A stretch of DNA of 61,049 nt, filler included, from Platydemus manokwari (Eukaryota): assembly GCA_037951405.1 (NCBI GenBank). It is 5 parts of 5 records of this genome, joined end to end, with 100 filler letters (N's around TTAATTAATTAA, not from the genome) between each part and the next. Parts side by side here need not be neighbours in the genome. Positions count along the whole stretch, not along the records: positions 1 to 12,184 come from JBBMOY010266671.1; positions 12,285 to 28,711 come from JBBMOY011176988.1; 3 more parts are not named here. The stretch is one strand, 5' to 3'. The position numbers and the translations under genes are program-made. The notes under the pieces were generated by a model that ran no database searches, was not told the origin of the DNA, and worked only from the letters and a program-made list of their open reading frames with translations. Of this stretch, positions 1 to 12,315 are shown piece by piece (positions within the stretch are counted from its first letter, which is position 1; the number at the start of each line of letters is the position of its first letter).

Positions 1-264
1 ATTGTACAAGATTTTCTTTAATAAACACTCAATTGTTCTAAAAAAATTCCGGTTTTTAAGTTATAGACCCAATATTAATATTATAAATTGACCCCGGTAT
101 ATGCAGTCTTCATCTTAGAAATTATAAATAAAAATATTATAAGTAAATTATAAATAATATTAAGATATCATTACAATGACGAGTTTCTACAATAACATAC
201 AATAATATTATAAAAATAACAGAATATTAAACAAATAAACTGGGAATCTTTTAGTTATGACTAT

Positions 265-2341
265 TTAAATCGCTATTGTTTTTGTAGAGATTTTGAATGG
301 TCTTTTGCTGGGAAACCGTAAGAGTTCTCTTTGCTTTGATGCTTTACTGATGGCTGGGACCCAATTTTCCATCATCAACTGAAGACAAGGTGGATAAGTT
401 TGAAATCTAGTTTACGAATTTAATTTAGATTGGTTTGACTGAGCCCCGGCCAATTTGATTGTCAGTTATTGAAAATTTATTTAATTTCATAATAATAAGT
501 ATTAAATCCACAAACCGTAATAACTTTTGAAAAATATGAATTGAATTCAATTTAATTTGTCTCACGAAACTTATAATAAGCGTTTACAATTATGGTTTTT
601 AAAATTAAATGTTGGCAATTCTAAAATTATTGCCACTTCAATAATTTTTATATCAGAATTTTGTGAAACAGTAGCTTGTGAAACATAACTAGGCGATTTG
701 TGTAAAATATCAATTCCTGAATATATTGAAAATAGAATATGTTGATTTAGAACTTCTCGGCATCATGATATAACTTTATTTTTATATTAATTTAGGTATC
801 TTTATTTGTATTATTATTTTTTATTTTTTAATACTATTTCTAATTTGTACTTTATCCTTTACTATTTATATCTATTTAAAATTATGCTGTTTGTTAATTT
901 ATTTTAATATAGTTCAAAGAAAAATATTTATCTTCTTCTTCTTCTTCTTCTTCTTATTATTATTATTATTATTAATATTATTATTATTATTAATATTATC
1001 TTTTTAGAGGTTGGGTATGTACCATACTGTTCCAAGAACAAATTCTAAGTTCTGGACCACTATGCATTGAGCTATAGAAAATGAGATGGTTTTAAATTTT
1101 AAGCGGAATTTTGCTTTACTACCATTTTCATTTTTTTGATTTTCTTTTCTATATTTTGATTTTCGATTATTTCATTAAAATTCTCTAATGAGTTTTGTTG
1201 AATAACCCCAAAAGACAAGCACAAGCATGGCTCTGACATCTTGGAACCTTGTTTCAACGTTTCTACGGGCACATGCCATAATAATCATACACGCATGATA
1301 AACAACCAATCAGAGACGAGATTGTAGAGGATTTCAATTCAATAAAAAAGCATACATTTGATGTTAAAATTTGTTTACCATTTAATTGATAATTTAAATG
1401 GAGAATTTTATGGATAATAATATATAATAGGTATTGCATGAGATTATTATTATAAAATGAGAGTAGACATAAAATGGCTATTTCATGTTACATTTTATAT
1501 ATTCGAGAAAGGTTATATATTTTTTAAATGTTACGATTACTTTAAGACATTAAAATAGCCCATTTCAATTACAACGCTTTTTATCATTTGAAAACGTCAT
1601 AGTGCGTGACATGACCGAATTATAGATCAATGATGTCCATCACAATAAATATTTATTAAAAAACATTTCACCGGGGTTTAATCTTTGACTTGAAATATTG
1701 TATTTTCTAATTAAATTTTTTGTTCTACAAACTTTTTGTCTTTTATTTATTATCAAAAATAAATCATGCAATGGAATGCGGTATCCTTAAGTTAATCATA
1801 TTGACAGCATAGTGAGATAATATCAGTATATATATATAGATTTGAAATTCAATTCGTCCAGTAATTGTCTATTGTCGTAATAGTTACCTACTTTAAGGTT
1901 GAAACCATAATAAAAAAGACCGTCGAGGGATTACCTTGAGATTTCTCAGTTGATTTAAATTTCCCAATCGAAGCCCTTCCAGAGCAAGTGAGAACTTAAG
2001 CAAACAAATCCCATAAACGCATAGATTAATTTCGAACAAATAAATCTTTCAAAAAATAGAACCAAACCACAGTAAATTAATTGAAAGCTTATTCTATTAA
2101 ACTTATGAAAATACGTTCTTTTATTTACAACTGGTCAGATTACTTTCATTTTTTACTTCCTACCTTTTAAAGCTTTGTAATTTGAAATAAAGAAAATACC
2201 AGAAGGATCAGCAATCAACTGGACATCAAATGATCTTTTATTTTTTTTATACATGATTATAACTTTGCTTAAATTAAACTTTATTTTTGATCTTTTTATG
2301 CTTAAAATAATCGATTCCTTTTTCAGCTCATCTCGGTTCAT
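265..2341 (-). CDS. Candidate spliced orphan gene (about 131 aa), exons 2341-2164, 1994-1935, 1071-1028, 378-265
   Basis: Four GC-richer islands, each bounded by AG/GT, join with compatible phases (1,1,0) into one open frame: ...RSFDVQLIADPSGIFFISNYKALK|VLTCSGRASIGKFKSTEKSQ|AQCIVVQNLEFVLGT|LMMENWVPAISKASKQRELLRFPSKRPFKISTKTIAI*. No homolog recognised, and alternative splice paths exist. Confidence 0.3.
931..999. repeat. Compound microsatellite (TTC)n-(TTA)n
   Basis: Direct reading of tcttcttct... followed by tattattat... Confidence 0.9.
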
Positions 2342-3122
2342 TTATATTAAAGCCGTTTAAAAATCCTTATCAATAATATTAAATCTGTAGAATGTGACGA
2401 GGCCGTCACAACAATAATAGAAATGTTTTGTCATGGCGTAGAATTTTTGACGAAAAATTTCTACAGAAAATTCTCGATAAATTTCTCACCAGTCAATACG
2501 TTTTTGATAGACTTAAAAAAATTAACCTTTTTATAAACAATTTTCAATTTTTTGAAATCTTATTCGACATATGCAATGATATAAACTGATAAATCCTCTA
2601 ATAGTTTTACAAGTCTCGGAAAAGTTTACTTTCGTTATTCGTCATAGGAATTTCTTTGAGATACAGTTACGTGTTACAATTTTTGACTGAAATCCAGTAA
2701 AATATAATCCTTATAAAGTGAATAGAATAGAATAGAACCTTAACAGGAGAATAAGTATTAATAAATTTGCTACATTTTCAGAATTTCTTTATAGTCTTAT
2801 AACTAAAATTAGCTTTCTTCATTTATATATAATGTTAATATTAATAATAAATGCTAATAATAATAATAAGTCGATGAATAATAAATATTGTTATTGTTAG
2901 TTGTAGCTATATCATTTAAATTATTCGAATTATTGAAGACAGTCATTAGAATCCAGTTGAATATATTTTTCAATAAACAGATTATTTAAACAAATTTATT
3001 CTTAGAGAGGTTTAAATAATGTCCTTGATCAGAACCATTTCGAATTCAAAATTATAAATAAAAATATAAAATCATAAATGTTTTAAATTATTTTAAGTTT
3101 AATATTCTTTTATAAATCACTA

Positions 3123-3525
3123 TTCGGCTAAAGTTAAAACAAAAGGTCTTAAAATGAAATTTTAAATTTGTTGAGTGTTTTGCAAAATTCTATATAATTC
3201 TATATATTTACATTATTTAAATACAGTTTGAATTTTTTATTTAAGTACTTAAGAAGAATTTTAGTTGTTTGAAATCAAATATTAAATATACTAGAGCTTC
3301 AAAATCTCCTAAAATTTGATTATTTGAAAAAAGGGTCAAAGTAGGTCGAATTTGCAATTTATTTAAAATAAGCGAGGACTCCCTTTTTTAACATTAGAAG
3401 CAAATCGAAAGATATTCTCAATTTTTATAATTATTTTATAAAAATAAGCAATTATATTATTAAACATATCTGTATTTAACTAACTCTATTTATAATTATA
3501 AAAATTTAAATTTAAGAACACAAAC
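3123..3525 (+). repeat. Dispersed repeat family copy 1 (about 400 bp, probable TE relic)
   Basis: Colinear with the reverse complement of 24323-24724, e.g. ttcggctaaagttaaaa, tacttaagaagaattttagttgtttgaaatc, tcaaagtaggtc, agcgaggac. Confidence 0.8.
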
Positions 3526-4089
3526 AATTGTACAGAAGTGATAGAAACCAGTTGGTTCGGACTCTTTGGTGATAGATTAATAATAAATCAACGATTTTCA
3601 ATCGATAATTTATTATATTATTCGATGTGAGACCGTGAGTTAGAGATTGATATATATATATATATATTTCTGAAACTTCGCAGATTAATTAGGTTGCGTG
3701 TATAATATAAATACCCAAAATAATAAGGGTATGATACAATTCTTTATTATCTTACAAATTGTCGAATGTGTGATGGAATTAGATTTTAGAAAGAGAAGCT
3801 TGTCGTGTCCTGAAGAGTTTTATTAGTAATGAGAAACCGCTCCACTGTGGCATAGAAACTAAAGATATTTGATTTTAATACTCACAAATTCAATTACGAC
3901 TTAGCGAGGCGTATTAATGGCTGACAACAGATCTTCTTTCGGAGAATGGTTTCAGTTGATTAATTGTATAATTGAAGTTTACCACTAGTATATTTGGCAC
4001 ATACGTTGCTGAATAGAAACTCGAAAAATTATGGTTCACTGAATGTTGAATGAATTTTCGAAGTTGCTCTGGAATGCTCCGATTATGAC

Positions 4090-4173
4090 GTTGAAACTCT
4101 AATAGATAATTCTGCTTAGAATTAAGTTTGATGTTGAAACTCGAATAGCTAATTCCGCTTAGAATTAAGTTTT
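4090..4173. repeat. 43-bp tandem duplication
   Basis: gttgaaactctaatagataattctgcttagaattaagttt followed by gttgaaactcgaatagctaattccgcttagaattaagttt. Confidence 0.85.
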
Positions 4174-4275
4174 TGGCGAAAATATTGAATTTTACTTCAG
4201 TATTTATAGTAATTTGGAATGTGGGCGCATGACTAATATTATACTTAATTTCTGATTTCTTTGGCAATATTCACC

Positions 4276-4340
4276 ATTGCTATGGCAATTTTAATTTATA
4301 TTTTAATTTCTCTTACTATACTTATTAATGCCATGGCAAC
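4276..4340. promoter_or_regulatory. Two RFX X-box-like palindromes
   Basis: ATTGCTATGGCAAT (4276-4289) and AATGCCATGGCAAC (4327-4340) versus the X-box consensus GTTNCCATGGNAAC. Confidence 0.35.
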
Positions 4341-6997
4341 GTGGATTAATAATCATTTATCAAATTTTTTCGGGTCATTATTAATATAATTTCGCCCACA
4401 TGCCAACATTTTAACTAATGTGGGTTAATATTTGCAATTATTATTATTTATTATTATTATATAATGTAAAGTATATTATATTATAAGGCTTGCAGCCTGC
4501 GTGGGTATATCCCGACACAAATGGTTTAATTAGAATAGGAACTTAGTTTTAAAACTGTTTTTTCACTATTAGACATCTTAAAAAATGAGATATTAACTGA
4601 ATTATACGAATAAACCAAACATAGTAGTTATATATAAAATTAAGTTATAAAATTATATCATGCGCGAAAATTCATTATAACGAAAGTAAGTCAAAGCACC
4701 CCTTTTCTTAACTTAAGCCCAATATTCAAATTAATTTTTTAAATCGATAATCAATTTTAAGTAATTAATTATTTAATAATCCTTCACAACAATTGTAATA
4801 ATAAATATTATAAGGCTTTTAAAAAGACGATAATAATTATTAATATAAAAGCAATATAGATAATAATACTATAAATAATAAAAATATAAATAATAATACT
4901 ATTGACATCTGTAATAATAATTTAATTTTAATAAATGACTTCATAGTTTATTACCAAGTTTTGAATATTTATTCAATATCACAATCGTCATTGATAATTG
5001 TTGATCTCAGATTGTTGGTGCATTATAAGAGTAGACTTGATAGAGACTTGATATCCTGAGCATTTATCAATCAAATTTTTTTTAATATGCATCTGTAAAA
5101 GAACTTTCCAGTTGATTGAATTTGAATGAAACTCATCAAAAGAACATTGATGAAACAATATGTAAATACGCGGTCCAAATTTTCTGACAACACACAGCAA
5201 TTCATTAACAACTACAAATTTCAGATAAGTCAAAGAATTAGATCCATCAAACATGATTGGATTTGTATTATTTTAATTGATGTGGGCTTATTGTCATAGA
5301 TAAAAATCGATTTTAAAATTCATTTTTATTGGAATTTTTCTTAACAATTTAAAAGGTTTCAAAATAAGAAAAATAATTCGTTGAAACCACCCCTAATCAA
5401 TTCTTGAATCATTCAAAATCAATATCATTTAATATATACGAGATGTTGAGGTTTACTGTTAATCTGGTGTCTGATGCAATGCTTTAAAAACATTCAGTTT
5501 GTCGCGTAGTTCAAAGCCACTCATCTTATGAATAAGACTCGCAAATATGTTGAAAATTATTGAAATTATTAACTTTCACTTTATTTAAACGCATGTATTT
5601 ATTAGGCTGGATGTTTGAAAATACCATAAATGGTAATGACCTTTCTAGCTTTAGTTATGTTATCCATTTCTTTGTACCTCAGACAAATTACCGAAAATGT
5701 TTTTTTGAAAGGAAAGCTAAAGATGCTGTCCCTGATGTGTTCTTTTGTCTAACTGGGAATAATTTGAACACAAGTGGCTTTAGGTTCCTTTACCCTACCC
5801 TCTAGAAGTACTTGAGTTCCTCGGAGTCTTGTCAATATTAACCATATATTTTCTCTTTGAGATTTAAATCATAATTAAAATGCAATTTTGTTTAAATCGA
5901 AAAGCATATTCTATCCAATGATAAATATTCTATTATAGTTGTTGACTGTACATGATTAATACCAGAATTTAAGAATAATTTTGCGATTCGTAAGGTGGAA
6001 ATAGAATTAGATTTGCAGCATTTCAGATTGATTATATCTGTGATTGAAAAAGTTCGGTTATCCATGCTCCAAATATTCCGCTGATAATTCTAATAAATAA
6101 TTTAAATTATAACTTTATTTGGAGAACCACATGTACTGATTGTATAAAAGAATACAATGTTCTTGGTCACAATGATTTTGTATCACATATATAATTGAAC
6201 TGAATACATATTTATGGACGTTAGGGTTGTGTTATGGTTGATTGATCTATTAATAGTTTTAACATATGATAATGAAAATGATAATAATAATAATAGTATC
6301 AATAATAGAAGTAATACTGACGACAGCAATGATAATAATAATAGACCAATTATTATAATGAAAATGATAATAACATTAATAATAATATTTGATTCTTAAC
6401 TATTTACTCCAAACTAGGTTATAATTATATCGACCTAGTTCATACACAATTATCTAGAACACAATTACTTTTGATATAATTATATAATCTCAATAATACA
6501 CAGATGTAACAAACACCAAAAATGGCATTAATAAAATAATAGGATAAACTAATAGCAACGTCCCTAATAAATCGGTTTGCCGGCATAAGGACTTCTTCTC
6601 TCTGCACAACAATATATTTATACTGTACTTAAACACAAACTAGTATCGATATTAAATAACATCCTTAACCTCTCGACATAACATGCAAAGTATTACGTGA
6701 AAGTTAATCCAAATTCTCTCTTTCTGCGCGTGTATTCATGGTGGTTATTCATGGATTTATTCGGATATTTCTAGATCAAATTTTTCGCCTTTATCTCATA
6801 CTGAAGTCATTGTATTTATTTATCATTTTCTCACCCATTCTTAACTTTTGAATGGTCTTTATCTTTGAAATTTCTCAGTTAAACTTTGGAATCCTTCAAA
6901 TTTACTGGCTTTTTACATGCTGCTAATAAGAAGAGTTTGTAAAATTATTTTTGTAATTTCAATGATGAGATTTTTGTTTTTTTAATTTTTCATAGAT

Positions 6998-7325
6998 TAA
7001 TAATAATAATAATATTAATAATGAATTTTAATAATAATAATAATGATAATAATAACAAAGAATTTTAATAGTAACAATATTAGTAGTAGTAATAATAATA
7101 AAGAATTTTAATAATAATAATAGTAATATTAATATTATAATAATAGTAATAAAAATATTAAAATAATATTTTTAATAATAATTATATAATAATGAATTTT
7201 AATAATAATTTGATAATAATAGTAGTAGTGATAATAATAGTAATGGTAATAATAATAATGATAATTATATAGATAATAATAATGATTATAATAACACTGA
7301 TAATAGTTGTGATGGATATGGTGAT
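6998..7325. repeat. Degenerate (AAT)n low-complexity array
   Basis: AAT/AGT/GAT triplets with a recurring 'gaattttaata' subunit. Confidence 0.85.
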
Positions 7326-9405
7326 GAAACCAAAATATAATTACGAACAACCGAGCCGCAGCTTAGTGCTTAGTGATATTGAAGTTGAGAGAAAATTGAT
7401 TTTGTGTATTTCTTTTTTACCTTTGATAATAGATGGGTTTTTAAAGGTATTTTTATTTTAATCAATCTGAATTATATAAATTTTAATGAAATCTTTTCTT
7501 TAATTTATCCCCTTTCATTACGTGCCATGTGGTAGCCTTTTTCATAAACTTATTATTATTATTATTATTTTAAAATAATACCGGAATTTAATTTTATGAA
7601 TAATAAATTATATTTTTATATTTTCAATAAATCAGTTACATATATTGAAAACTTTTTTTCTCTGGATCGATAGTCGACTTAAGTGATGATTTTACGATAA
7701 AATTTTTACTAAAGAATGCATTGATAAAAATGATATTTTTCCTTTCATAATTACCGTTAATGATAATTTAATTTATTATAATTTCTCCAATAGATTGCAA
7801 AAGCATTTAACCGTTACCCCTTTTACGCATCGAACAGAAAAAATTCCCCACAAGAAAGATTGACGCTAATACTGACGACTGATCACATTTTAACATAAAA
7901 TCGTAATGATATTTAAATTGAATTGTAATTTCTTCCAAAGTTCGATCGCATTTCCAATTTGACTTTTAAATTTCTTCTATTTTTTATCAACTTTTCATAG
8001 TAATTTTAAAAAAAAATTCTTGGTATTAGTTTAGCACACAAAAAAATTCTACATGCGAAATCTATTAATTTTTTATATGTACTGGCCCTATATGATCGGT
8101 ACCAGTTCCGCTTTGCAAACCAATATTTAACCATCCACTCAAGTTTGATGTTGTCAATTTAATTTGGCGTCAAGTGGGGAGATATGAAACAATGCTGTGT
8201 AATTGGTTCAGTGTATTTGGAATTTGTCGTTAAACCAAATGGGTTTTGTTCTTTTGATATTCTGTTATCGATCTATTAATATTTGTATTGAAAAATCCAA
8301 GAATAAAACTGGTGTGCAAGATCTCAAATGAATGAATTGAATTTTTTGAATTTCGACTTCGTAATAATTAAGGCAGAATAAATCCGGATTTTAGTGGAAC
8401 CGATTGAAGATATTAATTTTTTGCATTAAACTTAACCCTATATATTTCTGATAAAACAAACACAATTAAAGCTGAAAGAATTTATGTTGTTTATGATATG
8501 TTGTTGTCCTGATTTACAAAGTGCACAACAGGTATTGACGGTGGGTTTAGTTGATGAGAATGTAGATATTATCTTATCATATCTTGTTCCAGTTTTCGAT
8601 CCAATCAAAAATGGACGCTTAATAATTAAACGAAAAGGTCAATCAAAGGTACACAAACAACCCCGAATTCAACCGATAACATCACAAACGTTCTGTTCGA
8701 CATTCATTTATAAATAAATATGATGATTATTAATTTAATTAAATCAGAAAGCAATTAATTAACGAAAAGCTATTTAAAACAAAAGTTAAATCATCGAAAT
8801 TCATTTCATTTGAACATTTTTCCATTACAACTACAACTCAGGTGATAGCGCGAAGATATTTTGTGAACGAGCATTTGTTGAAACTGTCTTAACTTAATCG
8901 GGGACGAGGATACCATAATACGGAAACAACGAAATCACAGATATTGGATAACTCCCCTGCTGCGGGTAGTATCGACACCTGTGTGTTCTCTGGAATCTCC
9001 AGCAAGGCAGTCAATTACATCATCTATGTGAGAATCGGTATGAAATTGTAATTATACACTCATAATTTCATTGTCCTCTCTCAACTCAGCAAAATAATGT
9101 AACTCTAAATTTTTCAATGTAGCAAAAAATTATGAACGAAAAAAAATATATATCACCAGAAAGAAAATTGTGTTTATAATTGTTTTTTTCATTTGGTTGT
9201 TGACAATAATCACTGACGAAATTGAATATTAAAACTCCAATCTATTATTATTAATATTTATTCCATTGCTGTATACAATAATAGTAATAATAATATTGTG
9301 GGTGTGTATGTGTATTGTGGATGATATTTCGCATTAATGCATAATAGTTCGATGAGATCATTTATTAGAAACACAAATTTGATAAATCGGGAGTGTGTTT
9401 TTTTC

Positions 9406-10942
9406 TCAAATGGATGAGATTTTCTGACCCATTCCGATGTCTGTTGAATAAAACGTATCATTAGTGTCGCGAGGAAATTCCGGTAATCCTAAATTGACTG
9501 CAATGTTTCCAACATCCATCGAAAACAGTGATGGTGAACTTTGAGAAACTGGATTGATGGAGCCATTATAGTACGATGTAACGGGAATGAGTGATTGTTT
9601 CCCATTGGGAAAGTAACGGTCACGTAAATTGGTCATGGAGGACGGTAGAGAACCGTTATTGTTCTGTGATTGATAACCCATTTCATTTATCGAACATAAT
9701 CGATGAGTGGTCTGGACGGAATGATTGAGAATTGAAGAGGATATGTCGTTGAAGGTTGTCATTTTGGTTTTCGTCGAGTAATTGCCATTTTTATCAATAC
9801 TTATTAATGCTGTCTCATCGAATACGTTTGGCATTTGTAGTTGATTGGCATTTGGGGCACACATTACTCCAGTTTGTCGACAAAGACTACGACGGAATTT
9901 TGCACGCGCATTTTGAAACCAAACCTGAAAAAAGAGTTCAATCGATTTAATGAAATATCGGTCATTATTTTGGTTTTTTGAATGTGTTTTAATTGTTTCC
10001 GATAATAAACTGTCGGATGGGGATAATTTATCATTAATTTTCTGTTGTTTTAGAACGATTTAAGGATAAATATCCGCGGTAGCAACACGATGCCTCGACA
10101 CGAGCGGACTATGAAATAAAATGCGGCAAAAATTGATACAGTGTATTGGTAAATTGTTGGTCAACACGTGTTGCATTTGAAGCTTAATATGTGGAAAATG
10201 ATTTACAAATAAAACGAAAACAAATGAATAAAATACTAATTATTATTTCATGGAAGATTTTTCAACAAACACTAGAGTTGTGAAGTGATCAGTTTCATTT
10301 CAAGAACATTCTTTGAATATTTTGTTTTTCCGAATAAAAAAACTCTTTCAAATGAGAAGATCGATTACTTTGAAAATTAGTACAATTTCAGTATCTAGTC
10401 AGTGTATGTGATGACCTAATGACCTAATTGTCAGTATCCATAGCAATTGTTTGGGGGGATTAAATAATTATTCGAATAATATAAACCTGTAAAACTCGTT
10501 TCGATAGTCCGGTTTTCTGGGAAAGTTGTCTCAAATCCTTGGAATCGGGATTGTGATTCATGGAAAAATAGGCTTTCATCGTTCGCAATTGTTGATGTTT
10601 GAAGGAAGTTCTAACTCGTTTCTGTCGAAGATTGTTCGATCCCTTTTTGGTGATTCCTTGCTTACCGGACAGAACGATTTTATCTTCACTCTCATAACAC
10701 GATCCACCACTACCGTCATCGTCTTCCGTACCCAATGTCGATGCTTCATGCATTGAATTATGATCCATCAGTTCCTTTCCGAGATCGGTTTCCGATGACA
10801 TTTCATTCGATTCGACGGTTTCATCGATATTCTTTTCATCGGTTTCATAATTGGACATTGGCGATCCGGTTTTTTCGAGTTTGATTTGAATGGTATTGTG
10901 GACTTTATCTTGAGAATGGGATAAGCAATCAATTAAAGTCAC
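9406..10942 (-). CDS. lhx2/9: LIM-class homeobox protein of the apterous/Lhx2/9 family, 3' exons (about 10942-10487 and 9924-9406)
   Basis: KRVRTSFKHQQLRTMKAYFSMNHNPDSKDLRQLSQKTGLSKRVLQ|VWFQNARAKFRR matches the Lhx2/9 homeodomain. A GT-AG intron (10486-9925) lies at the conserved Q|VWFQN position. LIM exons are not seen, so the 5' boundary is uncertain. Confidence 0.9.
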
Positions 10943-12184
10943 TTCAAGTTTTCTTGTTTGACAAAATTATTATTATTAATAAAAAGAACTTTTTAAACGA
11001 TAATCATCACGCAATGCTCATTAGAGAGAAAGGTTGGATATTAAATTATTCATGTATTGTTAATCAGGTGTTGTTAACAAAAAACCGGACTGAAGAAATC
11101 AATTATCCGATGTTTGGAACCCAGTTTAATTGGTCACGCATCCCATAAAATCCGGTATCCATGTAATTATAAGGCAAAATTATTTAAAGTTTCATTTCAA
11201 ATAAACCATTTTCAAAACCATCTTCCATACCGAACATACATATCGACCACAAACACGCACACACGTACAACAGTATGTCGATAGATCGACACACAAACCA
11301 CGAGCACACATACACACAGGCACGACCTGTCGAGTCAATGACACCGAGATTTCATTTTGTTTTAAATTTGATTTTTACTTTAGATTTGAATGAAACGAAA
11401 ATTCAAAAAAACATATCGACCGTTTGTGCTTGTATTGATTAATTGAAATATTTTGAAATCATTAAACAAAAGTTAAAATAAAAATCAATCAGATGGTGAT
11501 AGTAAATGAAGCATGAATGATCAAGTGGTATACAGATGGGTGTGTGTAAACACAGCTGGCTGGTTTAGTTCAGAGATGTCAATGACTGAATGTCATTGAC
11601 AAAAAATAATTCAGTATATACGACTATCCTCAGTAGCGGTCGAGTTATAAATCATTTCAGCATATTAATGTCACATATAGATTAATTTTCTTTAATACTT
11701 TCTTCATCGATTTTAATGAGGCAGGTTTTTTTGGTCTTTTTTGTTATAACCGAACTATATTCATTAATGGGACAACGAGTGGATACAAGTTGAAATTTAA
11801 TTTCCCCCGTTTTGTTGTTGTTACTTTGCTCTTGTCATGGTGAAAAACAACACCAATAAACGGGTATCATTGAGCTTGTGAAATAAAGATCTTCACCACA
11901 CCTGAACATTTTTCAACAACATCAACAACAACAGCACTTAAAAATCGTTTTATCAGTATAATTTTTCTGTTGTAAATGGAAAACATATTCATAATTTCCA
12001 GAATTGCGGAGAGTTTAGCAGCAGTCAATAAATTCTGTGGTGGAATTCATTTTGTCAATTGAAGAAGAGATGGTATTTTCGAGTTGATATTGATTAGTTG
12101 GTGAGTCTGATCAAATGCTAGTTTTATTGGCTTTTTCAAAATACTGAAGTGCACATACGATGCACTTAATAATTCATGACTATC

Positions 12185-12284
12185 NNNNNNNNNNNNNNNN
12201 NNNNNNNNNNNNNNNNNNNNNNNNNNNNTTAATTAATTAANNNNNNNNNNNNNNNNNNNNNNNNNNNNNNNNNNNNNNNNNNNN
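12185..12284. other. Artificial contig spacer N44-TTAATTAATTAA-N44
   Basis: Exactly 100 nt; the 12-mer gives stop codons in all six frames. Confidence 0.97.

Positions 12285-12313
<29 letters not shown>
12285..12313. repeat. (GA)n microsatellite at contig edge
   Basis: Direct reading. Confidence 0.95.

Positions 12314-12315
<2 letters not shown>

Noticed and set aside
6214-7350. Asn-rich and Tyr/His-rich ORFs (6214-6399, 7135-7350)
   Set aside because: They are translations of AAT-type microsatellite sequence.
12229-12240. TTAATTAATTAA as a recurring biological motif or repeat array
   Set aside because: It is always centred in 44+44 Ns, so it is a synthetic six-frame-stop spacer.
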